DNA from: Eledone cirrhosa
Lineage: Eukaryota
Direction of reading: 5' to 3'
DNA: 64,000 nt
Assembly: GCA_964016885.1 (NCBI GenBank)
Contig: OZ024758.1
Coordinates: forward strand, 24,056,001 to 24,120,000
How positions within the stretch are numbered: position 1 is the stretch's first letter; every line of letters begins with the position of its first letter. The position numbers and the translations under genes were made by a program. The notes under the pieces are model-generated. The model was not told the origin of the DNA. It saw only the letters and a list, made by a program, of their open reading frames with translations, and did no database searches. Positions 14,565-32,531 of the stretch are shown here, one piece after another.

Positions 14565-14780
14565 AATAATTGTTTCTACTTTTGGCACAAGGCCAGCAAT
14601 TACCCAGTGCATTACTGGTACTTTATTTTATCGACCCTGTAAGAATGAAATGCAAAGTTAACATCGGTAAATAATAATAATAATTGTTTCTACATTTGGA
14701 ACAAGGCCAGCAATTATCCCAGTGTATTACTGGTACTTTATTTTATCGACCCTGTAAGAATGAAATGCAAAGTTAACCTC
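14565..14780 (-). mobile_element. Two tandem 5'-truncated SINE A fragments
   Basis: Meta core plus tail, sharing private variants (CCTGTAAGAATGAAATG). Confidence 0.8.
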
Positions 14781-14802
14781 GTATACATACACACACACAC
14801 AC

Positions 14803-14839
<37 letters not shown>

Positions 14840-14868
14840 CACATACATATGTATACATACATACTTAT

Positions 14869-14920
<52 letters not shown>

Positions 14921-14946
14921 ATATGTATACATACATACTTATATAT

Positions 14947-14982
<36 letters not shown>

Positions 14983-14986
<4 letters not shown>

Positions 14987-15162
14987 GCAGTATCGGTAGA
15001 GGGTCGGACGCCATGCTTTGCAGCAAAGAGTTACGGCCCTTTATGGTCTGAGTTCAATTCCCGCCGAGGTTAACTTTGCCTTTCATCCTTACGGGGTCGA
15101 TAAAATAAAGTACCAGTAATACATTGGGATAATTGCTGGCCTTGTGCCAAAAGTAGAAACAA

Positions 15163-15165
<3 letters not shown>
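14983..15165 (+). mobile_element. SINE family A
   Basis: Full copy within (TA)n. Confidence 0.9.
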
Positions 15166-15211
<46 letters not shown>

Positions 15212-15407
15212 GAATAAACAAGAGAGATGAACACTAATATAAACATACATGTGTTCGAATCGTAAGGACCAAATTTGCTAGGGTGAAAAAATACTAACTA
15301 CAGCAATATGGTTAGTTATCCTTAACTTTAAATATTAAATTAAGAAAAATTAAGAAAGATAACAGACCTATATTGGGCAAACCGTCTGGTAACAACTAGA
15401 CAGTATT

Positions 15408-15467
15408 GTAGACTGTTTCGCAACGACTTATTAAGTGAAGTTCTCACGTTTCTCTGCTCCTCAGTAG
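15408..15467 (-). ncRNA. Possible degenerate hammerhead ribozyme
   Basis: ta CTGAGGA GCAG ~30 nt TTGC GAAAC A GTC ta; short stems; lies beside (TA)n. Confidence 0.4.
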
Positions 15468-15539
15468 TTGTTGAGAAATTAGTGATCCTTTCACTTCTAA
15501 AAATATTAGAGAATGAATTGTGCACGATATGAATTATCG

Positions 15540-15757
15540 CACGTGTTATTCGGAACCCAGCTTGTCTCGAAATACCCTGCCGCTATGCATGGACACACTA
15601 GAAGAGGAAGACCAAGGTTAACGTATGTTGATGCCCTCAGGACAGACACTGGTCTGTTGGAGACGCAGGACATGGCAGCGATAATGAGGGACAGAGACCG
15701 CTGGAGAGAACTCGTCCATGGATCTCGGGAATTTTACCCGCCTTAGAATAGAATAGA
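15540..15757 (+). mobile_element. RTE/RTEX-like LINE 3' fragment
   Basis: HGHTRRGRPRLTYVDALRTDTGL...MRDRDRWRELV, tail (AATAG)n. Confidence 0.7.
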
Positions 15758-15821
15758 ATATATATATATATGAACACACACTCATGCATATATATATATA
15801 CATACATACATACATGCACAA

Positions 15822-15861
<40 letters not shown>

Positions 15862-16021
15862 TCGTACATACACACACGCACAAACATATATATACACATA
15901 TACACATACACACACAAGGATATATACATATATATACATACATACATACATACACAAGCATATATATATACTCGTCCATACACACAAGCTTATATATACA
16001 CATACACACACAAGGATATAT

Positions 16022-16070
<49 letters not shown>

Positions 16071-16408
16071 TACATATACAAAAGCACGGATTTGTGTGTA
16101 TGTCAGAATGCACAGACATGTGATTATTCTTTTCTTCTCATTTGGCATCAACACTTAACATTTCCAGTGATTATTACACTGGTAATGTCAGTCACACCCA
16201 AATCAATAAAGATGCATTGATTGAGTCACTAAAATGTTGTTCAAATATTTACACGAAGGTTGTCTGCTTGTTGAATATTTAATGATAGATTCCAAATCTG
16301 AAGTCACAAATACAAGAAACTCTCTCTCTCTCTTTCTCCACCTCTCAAATCTTTTGCAGTTTAATTGTTTAATTTAAACACAAACGTACGTACGTTTGTA
16401 TGTGTGTG

Positions 16409-16456
<48 letters not shown>

Positions 16457-16506
16457 AGAAAAACCACAGATGTGAGAAAAACCACAGACCCTCCATCTCA
16501 ACTCTA

Positions 16507-16542
16507 CTTTTGAAAAGCAGAAGAACTGCGAAACCGGTAAAG
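16507..16542 (+). ncRNA. Minimal hammerhead ribozyme, U3-A8 core variant
   Basis: ctt TTGAAAA GCAG aagaa CTGC GAAAC cg GT A aag; stems I, II and III all pair. Confidence 0.65.
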
Positions 16543-16673
16543 GAACCAAATAAATATATATATATTTTTTAAAATAAGAGTCCAGTTGCATTTTCGATTT
16601 CATCTTCTTTTCTTTATACTTTCACTCGTGTAGGACACCTCGGTTATTTTTCATTTTGTAAAAAAAACCTCAC

Positions 16674-16710
<37 letters not shown>

Positions 16711-16807
16711 ATAAAAATACTTGAGTGCATTAGAGTTAAACACAGTCGTCGTATAAGAGAAATGACAGTATAAGATATAGCTCAATGTTATCCAACAGAG
16801 CCGAAAA

Positions 16808-17035
16808 ATTATATAAAATTAACAAACAAGCCTTTAATACATCAAAAGTCTTTATTAGCTGACAATGTTTCGTCCCGTTAATTAGGACTCATCAGAGCAA
16901 GGAAAAAGACAAGAAATATCAACGGCCAGAACAAGCCGTTGATATTTCTTGTCTTTTTCCTAATTAATGGGACGAAACATTGTTAGCTAATAAAGACTTT
17001 TGATGTATTAAAGGCTTCTTTGTTAATTTTATATA

Positions 17036-17037
<2 letters not shown>
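16808..17037. repeat. Fold-back inverted repeat, ~105-120-bp arms, 8-nt spacer, in (TA)n
   Basis: 16808-16926 is the reverse complement of 16935-17037 apart from a 16-nt deletion and a few mismatches. Confidence 0.9.
16858..16898 (-). ncRNA. Minimal type-I hammerhead ribozyme
   Basis: gct CTGATGA GTCCT aattaac GGGAC GAAAC att GTC agc. Confidence 0.85.
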
Positions 17038-17114
<77 letters not shown>

Positions 17115-17329
17115 TATTTGAAAAGGGAAGTATGGTTCTATACAAAATAGTGGTTATAGAGAAAAGATGAAGTTGGAAATAGAACGGAAAATATATTTTA
17201 GAGTACGTTTTTTTTCTTTCTTTTTTTGATTAGTCAAAGTGACAATATCAATCTAATTCCATTACTTGACGAATCGTCTATTCCAGTTCACTTCATCTTA
17301 CACAAAATATAGTTTTCAAACATCACCCT

Positions 17330-18098
17330 CTCTTCTTCTTCACACACTTATTCCTCAGAGGGTCGTGGGGGCAGAGTCCTCAAACACACCTTCCACGGGT
17401 CCTGTCAGAAGCAACCGTCTCCAACTGATCCGGCTGGATCCCTAAGCAAGACCACCAGCCAAGCTCGTGGATGTTATCCAACCATCTTGCTCGACGTCTA
17501 CCCATGGGTCTCTTGCCTGTTGGTTTTGCCCGTAAAATCTGTCCAGCGATTCTCTCCTGAGACATTCTAACCACATGCTCATAGTATCGGAGCTGTGATC
17601 TCTCAATTCGGAGAAGTAGTGGCTCTACCTGAAGTGACTCTCTGATCTCCTGAGATATTCTAACCACATGCTCATAGTATGGGAGCTGTGATCTCTCAAT
17701 TTGGAGAAGTAGCGACTCTGCCTGGATTGACTCTCTGAACTCCTGAGACATTCTAACCACATGTCCATAGTATTGGAGCTGTGATCTCTCAATTCAGAGA
17801 AGTAGCGGCTCTACCTGGAGTGACTCTCTGATCTCCTGAGACATTCTAACCACATGTCCATAGTATCGGAGCTGTGATCTCTCAATTCAGAGAAGTAGCG
17901 GCTCAACCTGGAGTGACTCTCTGATCTCCTGAGACATTCTAACCACATGTCCATAGTATCGGAGCTGTGATCTCTCAATTCAGAGAAGTAGTGGCTCTAC
18001 CTGGAGTGACTCTCTGATCTCCTGAGACATTCTAACTACATGTCCATATCAGAGCTGTGATCTCTCAATTCGGAGAAATAGCGGCTCTACCTGGAGTT
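17330..18098 (-). mobile_element. RTE-clade LINE 3' end with a 93-bp coding segment amplified to ~6 tandem copies
   Basis: IERSQLRYYEHVVRMSQERIAGQILRAKPTGKRPMGRRRARWLDNI; GA(C/T)ATTCTAA recurs at 17561, 17654, 17747, 17840... Confidence 0.85.
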
Positions 18099-18227
18099 AT
18101 CACCCCTATAAATAAATCTACTTCTGACCACATAGCTCTAGTCAGCTCTTATCTATAGCAGCGACACTTTATCCAGCGACATTTCCCTCCAAATTGCTGG
18201 CCTTGTGCCTAAATCAGAAACCATTGC

Positions 18228-18445
18228 GGTGGAGTGGCAGTGTCGGTGGAGGGTCGGACGCCATGCTTTGCAGCAAAGCGTTACGGCCCTTTATGGTCTG
18301 AGTTCAAATCCCGCCGAGGTTAACTTTGCCTTTCATCCTTACGGGGTCGATAAAATAAAGTACCAGTCACGCACTGGGGTCGATTTAATCGACTTTCCCC
18401 TCCCCAAAAATTGCTGGCCTTGTGCCTATATAAGAAACCATTATT
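18228..18445 (+). mobile_element. SINE family A, long variant with GGGGTCGATTTAATCGACTTTCCCC segment
   Basis: Same head and core as 583-765. Confidence 0.9.
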
Positions 18446-18614
18446 ATTGTCACCATTGTTGATTGGCAGAATATCAATATTGTTGCAATATTGGACTACT
18501 ATATCGGGGGAATAATAAATATCTGATTGATTTCTATCAGGAAGTTAAAATTGGATTTACTTTCGGAGTATCAATTACACATGTATACTGCTTATGGCCT
18601 TATACGGTCGTACG

Positions 18615-18616
<2 letters not shown>

Positions 18617-18656
<40 letters not shown>

Positions 18657-19426
18657 TATACATACATGAATAAGTATATGTATGCATATATATGTATGCA
18701 TATATATGAATGTATATATATATATATAAATGTATGCATATATGTGTATATATATATATAAATGTATGCATATATATGTATATATATAAATAAATGTATG
18801 CATATTAATGTATATATATAAATAAATGTATGCATATTAATGTATATATATAAATAAATGTATGCATATATGTATATATATAAATAAATGTATGCATATA
18901 TGTGTATATATATATATAAATGTATGCATATATATGTATATATATAAATAAATGTATGCATATATGTGTATATATATAAATAAATGTATGCATATATGTG
19001 TATATATATAAATAAATGTATGCATATATGTGTATATATATAAATAAATGTATGCATATATGTGTATATATATAAATAAATGTATGCATATTAATGTATA
19101 TATATAAATAAATGTATGCATATATGTGTATATATATAAATAAATGTATGCATATATGTGTATATATATAAATAAATGTATGCATATATGTGTATATGTA
19201 TATAAATGTGTGCATATATATGTATATGTATGCATGTATGTGTATATATACATATATATAAATGTATGCATGTATATGTATATATACATATATATATATG
19301 TGTGTGTGTATATATATATATAAATCTGTGTATATATGTGTATATATATATATATAAATGTGTGTGTATATATATGTATATAAATGTGTGTGTATATATA
19401 TATGTATATAAATGTGTGTATATATG

Positions 19427-19460
<34 letters not shown>

Positions 19461-19506
19461 TATGTGTGTATGTATGTGTATATATATATATATAAATGTA
19501 TGTATA

Positions 19507-19538
<32 letters not shown>

Positions 19539-19682
19539 AATGTATGTATATATATATATATAAATATATGTATATATACATATAAATGTATGTATATATA
19601 TATAAATATATATATAAATATATATATATATAAATGTATATATAAATATATGTATATATACATATAAATGTATGTATATATA
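18617..19682. repeat. AT-rich minisatellite (ATAAATGTATGCATATATGTGTAT..) grading into (TA)n
   Basis: Direct. Confidence 0.9.
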
Positions 19683-19908
19683 TTTGAAATTAGAAAATAT
19701 ATAGCTTTCACCGTATTTTTGACTAAAGGAATTTTAGCCTGATAATGGGGTTTAGAACCCTCAGATAAATGGAAAAAGATGAGTATTGACGTACATGTAC
19801 GTCAATACTCATCTTTTTCCATTTATCTGAAGGTTCTAAACCCCATTATCAGGCTAAAATTCCTTTAGTCAAAAATACGGTGAAAGCTATATATTTTCTA
19901 ATTTCAAA
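19683..19908. repeat. Spacerless palindrome, 113-bp arms
   Basis: Centre GTACA|TGTAC at 19795/19796; one mismatch seen. Confidence 0.95.
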
Positions 19909-20040
19909 CCTGCTCACTGTTTCAAAACATACTTACTTGATATATATATATATATAGAGAGAGAGAGCGAGAGCGAGAGAGAGAGAGCGAGAGCGAGAGC
20001 GAGAGAGAAAGAGAGAGGTAGATAGATAGATATAGATAGA

Positions 20041-20240
20041 TTTCTTTATTAGCCACAAGGGCGCAACAAGAAAGGGGACAATACAAAGACATGCCGGGGA
20101 TTTTACATACAGTCGTGTAAAAAATATAAAAACAAACAATTTCAACAATCGAAATCCCCAATAGGGGGGATGCGCCACAAATGGGTTGTTTAATACCCCG
20201 TCGATAGAACAAGCCTCAACTCAAGGAGCGTGTTGTGCAT
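20041..20240 (-). mobile_element. Non-LTR retrotransposon 3' end (Tx1/L1-like) in (GATA)n
   Basis: Ends GTGGCTAATAAAGAAA then (TCTA)n; related to 20256-20590 and 46385-46760. Confidence 0.55.
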
Positions 20241-20255
20241 AGATAGATAGATATA

Positions 20256-20590
20256 TTTCTTTATTAGCCACAGGGGCACAAAAGAAGGGGACAAATACAA
20301 AGGGGGAAGTTTACATACAATAAAAACGTGTAAAATGTTATCACAGATGGAATTTAAAAGTTAGTCGATTTTCCCCAATAGAGGGAGACAGTTTATATGG
20401 GTAACACAGACCCCCGAAAAAAATGTGCAACCCTCATCTCCAGGAGTACGAAGAGCTTGTACTCCTTTCCTCTCCTCCTCCTTTTCCTCAACCTACAGGC
20501 TGATATAGAGAGAAGGCCCATTCACTCGGGCCATTCTCGCCACTTTCACCCACCTTTCATAAAACTTGCTGGGGTACAGCACCTCTCTTA
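20256..20590 (-). mobile_element. Tx1/L1-like 3' end in (GATA)n
   Basis: Minus strand encodes REVLYPSKFYERWVKVARMARVNGPSLYISL* then a UTR ending AATAAAGAAA; GATA repeats on both sides. Confidence 0.6.
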
Positions 20591-20940
20591 GATAGATAGA
20601 TAGATAGATAGATCGATACGCCTCTGTGTGTTTGTGTTTAAATATTTGGAAAAAGGTTATATTAATGTTACAACTACAAACGTTACTGCTAAAATTTGTT
20701 ATTCAAGTAACGCCTCGAAGATTTATCAGCTGTTAAACAACTAAAATCGAATTTATTTTCATTTCATATTTAATTAACTGGCGATATATTATGGTTAAAA
20801 TAATCATTATATAGAATTTCTTGTGGTTAAGGTATTTGAATAAATACATCTTGAGTTCATTATTTCCATAGTAATGAGTTGTATCTTGCAAAGGTTAACT
20901 GAATGTCATCTAAATTTATATGCAATAGTATTCATTAAAT

Positions 20941-21230
20941 GGAGGTGTATGGCTTAGTGGTAAGGCTGTTGGACTTTCTATCATAGTGCCGTGGGTTTGA
21001 TTCCTGGACTGGGTTGGTGTTGTGTTCTTGAGCAAAACACTTCATTTCACGTTGCTCCAGTATACTCAGCTGATAATGAGTACCAGCAATAGCTGGAGGT
21101 TTAACCCTGCGATGGACTGGCGTCCTGTCCAGGAGGGGGGGGGGGTCTTGTACTCTCAGTCGCTTCACGCCATGAACCCGGAATAAGCACTGTCCTAACG
21201 AGCCTTCCGGCTTAAGACCGATTTAGACTT
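20941..21230 (+). mobile_element. tRNA-derived SINE family C (CORE/V-like domains)
   Basis: A-box TGGCTTAGTGG, B-box-like GGTTTGATTCC, GTGTTCTTGAGCAAAACACTT, CCTGCGATGGACTGGCGTCCTGTCCAGG. Confidence 0.75.
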
Positions 21231-21430
21231 AGAATCCATTAAACATAGCTGCCAACAGCTGCAGACATTGTGTATGTTAACGGCAATTATTTCTAATTAA
21301 ATTTGATATACACCAAGTCGTATTTATTTCATTGTAAAGTTGACAATGTTATTACAATTCAGGTAACGTAAGTAGTTTTTCCTTTTATTCGAAGATTTCT
21401 TTTTATATCTATACGTATCCCTAATTAGAA

Positions 21431-22020
21431 ATAATTGTTTCTACTATAGGCACAAAGCCAGCAATTTTGGGGAAGGAAAAATCGATTAAATTGACCCCAG
21501 TGCATTACTGGTACGTATTTTATCGATCCCGTAAGGATGAAAAACAAAGCTAACCTCGGCGCGATTTGAACGCAGAACGTAAAGGGACGTAACTCTATGC
21601 TGCAAAGCATGGTGACCGACGTTCTGCCGATACTGCCAATCCACCGCCCTTAATCATAAATAATTGTTTCTTATTTAGGCACAAGGCCAGTTACTTTGGG
21701 GGAGGGGAAAGTCGATTAAATCGATCCCAGTGCATTACTGGTACTTTATTTTATCGACCCAATAAGGATGAAAGGCAACGTTAACCTCGACGGGATTTGA
21801 ACTCAGATCATAAAGGTCGTAACACTATGCTGCAAAGCATGGCGTCCGACGCTCTGCCGATACTGCCAATCCACCAGCCTTAATCATAAATAATTGTTTC
21901 TACTTTTGGCACAAGGCCAGCAATTACCCAATGCATTACTGGTACTTTATTCTATCGACCCCCCGGAAGGATGAAAGGCAAAGTTAACCTCGGCGGGATT
22001 AACTTTGCCTTAATCATAAA
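21431..22020 (-). mobile_element. Three head-to-tail SINE A copies
   Basis: Copies are separated and flanked by CCTTAATCATAAATAAT. Confidence 0.85.
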
Positions 22021-22273
22021 TAATACCAATTGTCTAAAGTCTACAAGATTTTTATGAAGATAAAATGTTTTTTCATGTTACACAGAGTCTTTGTTGGAAA
22101 GCTGGTGTTCAAAGGATTGTTGAGCAGCTTTATAAAACCAAGCGACGCCGCTTTAATGTTAAGATATTAATCATTGATTCAATTAGATATTTTAATACAC
22201 TTCAGTCATTTTGTTCGGTTAGTAAATCGGTTAAAGAGATGTCCACTGAAAGCCAGTAAAGCTTAGTTTCTAT

Positions 22274-22600
22274 GATGGTATGGTATGGTATGATATATGG
22301 TATGGTATATGGTATGGTATGGTATGGTATGATATATGGTATGGTATATGGTATGATATATGGTATGGTATATGGTATGGTATGGTATGATATATGGTAT
22401 GGTATATGGTATGGTATGGTATGATATATGGTATGGTATATGGTATGGTATGATATATGGTATGGTATATGGTATGGTATGGTATGATATATGGTATGGT
22501 ATATGGTATGGTATGGTATGGTATGATATATGGTATGGTATATGGTATGGTATGGTATGATATATGGTATGGTATGGTATGATATATGGTAGGGTAGGGT
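22274..22600. repeat. (TATGG)n-based satellite
   Basis: Direct. Confidence 0.95.
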
Positions 22601-22670
22601 ATGCCACAGGCAAGGTTTGGCTCGAACTTCGAATTGAAGATAGTGATTTGGGGTTTTATTCCTTGACTCA

Positions 22671-23000
22671 GAAACTGGCGCATTACAGCACCTGCTCCTG
22701 TAATTCTTGCATTTAATCTACCGTCTGATGACCAAGTGCAGAAACTGGTGCATTACTGCACTTGCTCCTATAAATCTTGCATTTAATCTACCGTGTGATG
22801 ACCAAGTGCAGAAACTGGTGCATTACTGCACTTGCTCCTATAAATCTTGCATTTAATCTACCGTCTGATCACCGAATACTAAAGCTGGCGCATGACTGCA
22901 CTTGCTCCTATAAATATTGCATTTAATCTACCGTCTCATGACCGAATACTGAAGCTGGTGCATTACTGCACTTTCTCTTGCAAATCGTGCATGTAATCCA
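22671..23000. repeat. 70-bp tandem repeat, ~5 copies
   Basis: GAAACTGG(C/T)GCATTAC at 22671, 22741, 22811. Confidence 0.9.
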
Positions 23001-23175
23001 GCTCCTGCCTTCCATCACTTCTAAATATTGCTATACAATGTTTACAATAACATCAATTATTGTAAAATGAAAGAATATTATTTGTATTTGTTATTTACAT
23101 CGACAAGTATCATCACTAAATGGAGATATTTTCTCATTGACGACAACTGCGCAGTTAAACAATCCAACATTAATT

Positions 23176-26386
<3,211 letters not shown>

Positions 26387-26654
26387 AGCGGCGATGAATT
26401 AGTTTTGCGAGGTTTTTTATATGAAATCGTGTGTCGAAACAGATATTGTTATATTTGGGGAGGGTCATATTTGCGTAATATTGCCAGAATTAATAACAGA
26501 ACACACTCACTGTTTGGTTGGTTTTCGCTTCTCGCTGTCTTTTATATATATGTATCTGCGATCTAACTTACTCGGTCCTCAATGTTGCCATTGACTGACC
26601 GGCGGTCAAAAATAATACAGATACAATATAGACAAACACATATATATATAGTTT

Positions 26655-26696
26655 ACATAAATCTTTCGTTGCACATCTGCAACATCGTCAGTGGTG
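26655..26696 (-). ncRNA. Hammerhead ribozyme in PLE pLTR (left arm)
   Basis: ca CTGACGA t GTTGCA gatg TGCAAC GAAA gatt TA tg. Confidence 0.75.
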
Positions 26697-26966
26697 TTAT
26701 ATTCATTGTTCCTCCTGTTGTGTTGTATGTCTACGCCATTTTTTTTTTTGTTCAGTCTGTCTATATATTTATTTATTTATTTGCTTGTTTGTTTATCTTA
26801 TTTTATTTTGTCTTCTTTGCGCATGCGTTTGCGTGTGTGTATAGTGTTATGTGTGATGTGTGACTAGTGTGTATAGTGTTGTGTCTGCTGGGTGACTAGT
26901 GTGTGTTTATGTGCTTGTGTATGTATTTATTTATCTTATTTTATTTTATTTAATTTACTTATTTAT

Positions 26967-28115
26967 TTATACTTCTCTTAGGTCAGTGTTGTTTGTTTGG
27001 GTGTTGTTGTTGTTCCACTCATTCTTTCTGTTTAGCTTTGGTCTTCTAATTTTTATTTCACTGGCCTCTCTGATTTGCCTATCTGCTGGGTCATTCCTAT
27101 GTTTAGATATTATTCTAATTTCTATGTTGTCTATGTTACCGTCATGATGTTGTCTAGCATGTTCGTATAGTACTGACCCGTTTTTTCGTCCTTTTAGTTC
27201 CCCCCAGTGTTGGTCTATCCTTTCACCTATGCTACGAGCTGTCTCACCTATGTATGTTGTTGTCGTGTTTCTGCAAGTACCCTCTGTACATCTTATGCTA
27301 TAGACTACGTTTCTAGTTTTACAGTTTATCCGGGGGTTCACCTTACATATGATACATTTCCTATTGGTACAGTGGGTTTTCTTAAAAGGGTAGGTTTTGC
27401 TGATCAGGGATTTTATGGTGGTTCCTGGCTTTTCTACCACCTTTATTTTTAAGTGGGTCTTTCTCAGGGCCTTTCTACACTGGTTAGCTAATTTCCCTCC
27501 AGGGGTGGCGTCCACAAACATGACACTCTGATATCTCTGGTTGTCGTACCATGATGTGGCCTTCCCTATCTTATGTCTAGCCCTATCTAAGCTATTCCAT
27601 GATTTGCTCCTGTATAGTGGGCAAATTCCTTTCATGTCCAGTTCTATGAGGGTCTTATACTTTTCCATGGCTCCTTCGTATACTCTGACTCTGTCTCTTT
27701 GGTTGTAGCCAGAGAACTGCATGCGGTTGATGAAGTGTTGGATGTGTCCTTCCATTTCTGTTGGGTCGCACATGCTGGACACATTCTTCATCACTCGTAC
27801 CAAATCTGCGATCAGAATATTAAACTTAGCACTACTGGACATTGCTGAGTTTTTGAGTATCAGGTATTTGGAGGCCATGGGTTTAGCATAGTGTGAGTGG
27901 AGAATTTGGGCTCTCTCGTCTATAGTGTTAATCCAGAGTTCTGTGTCTAATACAGGTAGTCTATTGTTAGGGTGTTTGGAAGGGAAGTCTATAGTTACAG
28001 TTATACTCTGGTGTATGGAATTAGCTATCTGCTGGATGCTTTCCATCGTGCTACGTTCTAAATCAAACTTGTTAGTGCTCTCTAGTGGGGGTGTTCTTAT
28101 AACTATATTGATATC
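26967..28115 (-). pseudogene. 5'-truncated PLE polyprotein: C-terminal RT/thumb, Cys linker and GIY-YIG endonuclease (C-terminal EN; Neptune/Nematis-like, clade uncertain)
   Basis: The frame stays open upstream of M28046 to D-I-N-I-V (probably the second D of YxDD); LPVLDTELW, HYAKPMAS, HCTNRKCIIC, VVYSIRC..C..TYIGETARSIGERIDQH, RQIREA, PKLN. Confidence 0.9.
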
Positions 28116-28694
28116 GACAACCAGAGATATCAGAGTGTCATGTTTGTGGACGCCACCCCTGGAGGGAAATTAGCTAACCAGTGTAGAAAGGCCCTGAGAA
28201 AGACCCACTTAAAAATAAAGGTGGTAGAAAAGCCAGGAACCACCATAAAATCCCTGATCAGCAAAACCTACCCTTTTAAGAAAACCCACTGTACCAATAG
28301 GAAATGTATCATATGTAAGGTGAACCCCCGGATAAACTGTAAAACTAGAAACGTAGTCTATAGCATAAGATGTACAGAGGGTACTTGCAGAAACACGACA
28401 ACAACATACATAGGTGAGACAGCTCGTAGCATAGGTGAAAGGATAGACCAACACTGGGGGGAACTAAAAGGACGAAAAAACGGGTCAGTACTATACGAAC
28501 ATGCTAGACAACATCATGACGGTAACATAGACAACATAGAAATTAGAATAATATCTAAACATAGGAATGACCCAGCAGATAGGCAAATCAGAGAGGCCAG
28601 TGAAATAAAAATTAGAAGACCAAAGCTAAACAGAAAGAATGAGTGGAACAACAACAACACCCAAACAAACAACACTGACCTAAGAGAAGTATAA
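28115..28694 (+). pseudogene. Inverted duplicate of the PLE GIY-YIG coding portion
   Basis: 184-aa ORF identical to the C-terminus of 26967-28046. Confidence 0.9.
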
Positions 28695-28964
28695 ATAAAT
28701 AAGTAAATTAAATAAAATAAAATAAGATAAATAAATACATACACAAGCACATAAACACACACTAGTCACCCAGCAGACACAACACTATACACACTAGTCA
28801 CACATCACACATAACACTATACACACACGCAAACGCATGCGCAAAGAAGACAAAATAAAATAAGATAAACAAACAAGCAAATAAATAAATAAATATATAG
28901 ACAGACTGAACAAAAAAAAAATGGCGTAGACATACAACACAACAGGAGGAACAATGAATATAAC

Positions 28965-29005
28965 ACCACTGACGATGTTGCAGATGTGCAACGAAAGATT
29001 TATGT
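28965..29005 (+). ncRNA. Hammerhead ribozyme in PLE pLTR (right arm)
   Basis: Same motif: CTGACGA at 28969, GAAA at 28993. Confidence 0.75.
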
Positions 29006-29217
29006 AAACTATATATATATGTGTTTGTCTATATTGTATCTGTATTATTTTTGACCGCCGGTCAGTCAATGGCAACATTGAGGACCGAGTAAGTTAGATC
29101 GCAGATACATATATATAAAAGACAGCGAGAAGCGAAAACCAACCAAACAGTGAGTGTGTTCTGTTATTAATTCTGGCAATATTACGCAAATATGACCCTC
29201 CCCAAATATAACAATAT

Positions 29218-32160
<2,943 letters not shown>

Positions 32161-32498
32161 AAGATGTTAACATTTCTATATATTGAGTGGCATTTTGTTG
32201 AGAGTAAAACCCCCCCAAAACAGCAACAACAACAGCGTCAACAACATCAGCATCAACAACAACAACAACAATATCACATTGTTCAAGATGTTAACATTTC
32301 TATATATTGAGTGGTCTTTTGTTGAGAGGAGTAAAACAAAAAACAACAAAAACAACAGCAACAACATCAACATCAACATCAACAATAAAAAATACATTGT
32401 TCAAATTTAAGTTCATAAGCTAAGAAAGCTACGTAGGTGGCAATTCTGGAGAGAGAGAGAGAGAGAGATAGAGAGAGAGAGTGTGCGTGTGTGTGTGT

Positions 32499-32531
<33 letters not shown>

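Larger units (their letters stand above)
26388..29217. mobile_element. Penelope-like retroelement insertion: two 5'-truncated copies joined head-to-head (inverted arms 26443-27546 and 28115-29217)
   Basis: RT-thumb/GIY-YIG ORF, 3' pLTR with hammerhead, near-identical ~1.1-kb inverted arms, (TA)n flanks. Confidence 0.92.

Noticed and set aside
22725-22752. CTGATGA...GAAAC in the 70-bp repeat as a hammerhead
   Set aside because: The intervening CCAAGTGCA cannot form stem II, and other units lack the core
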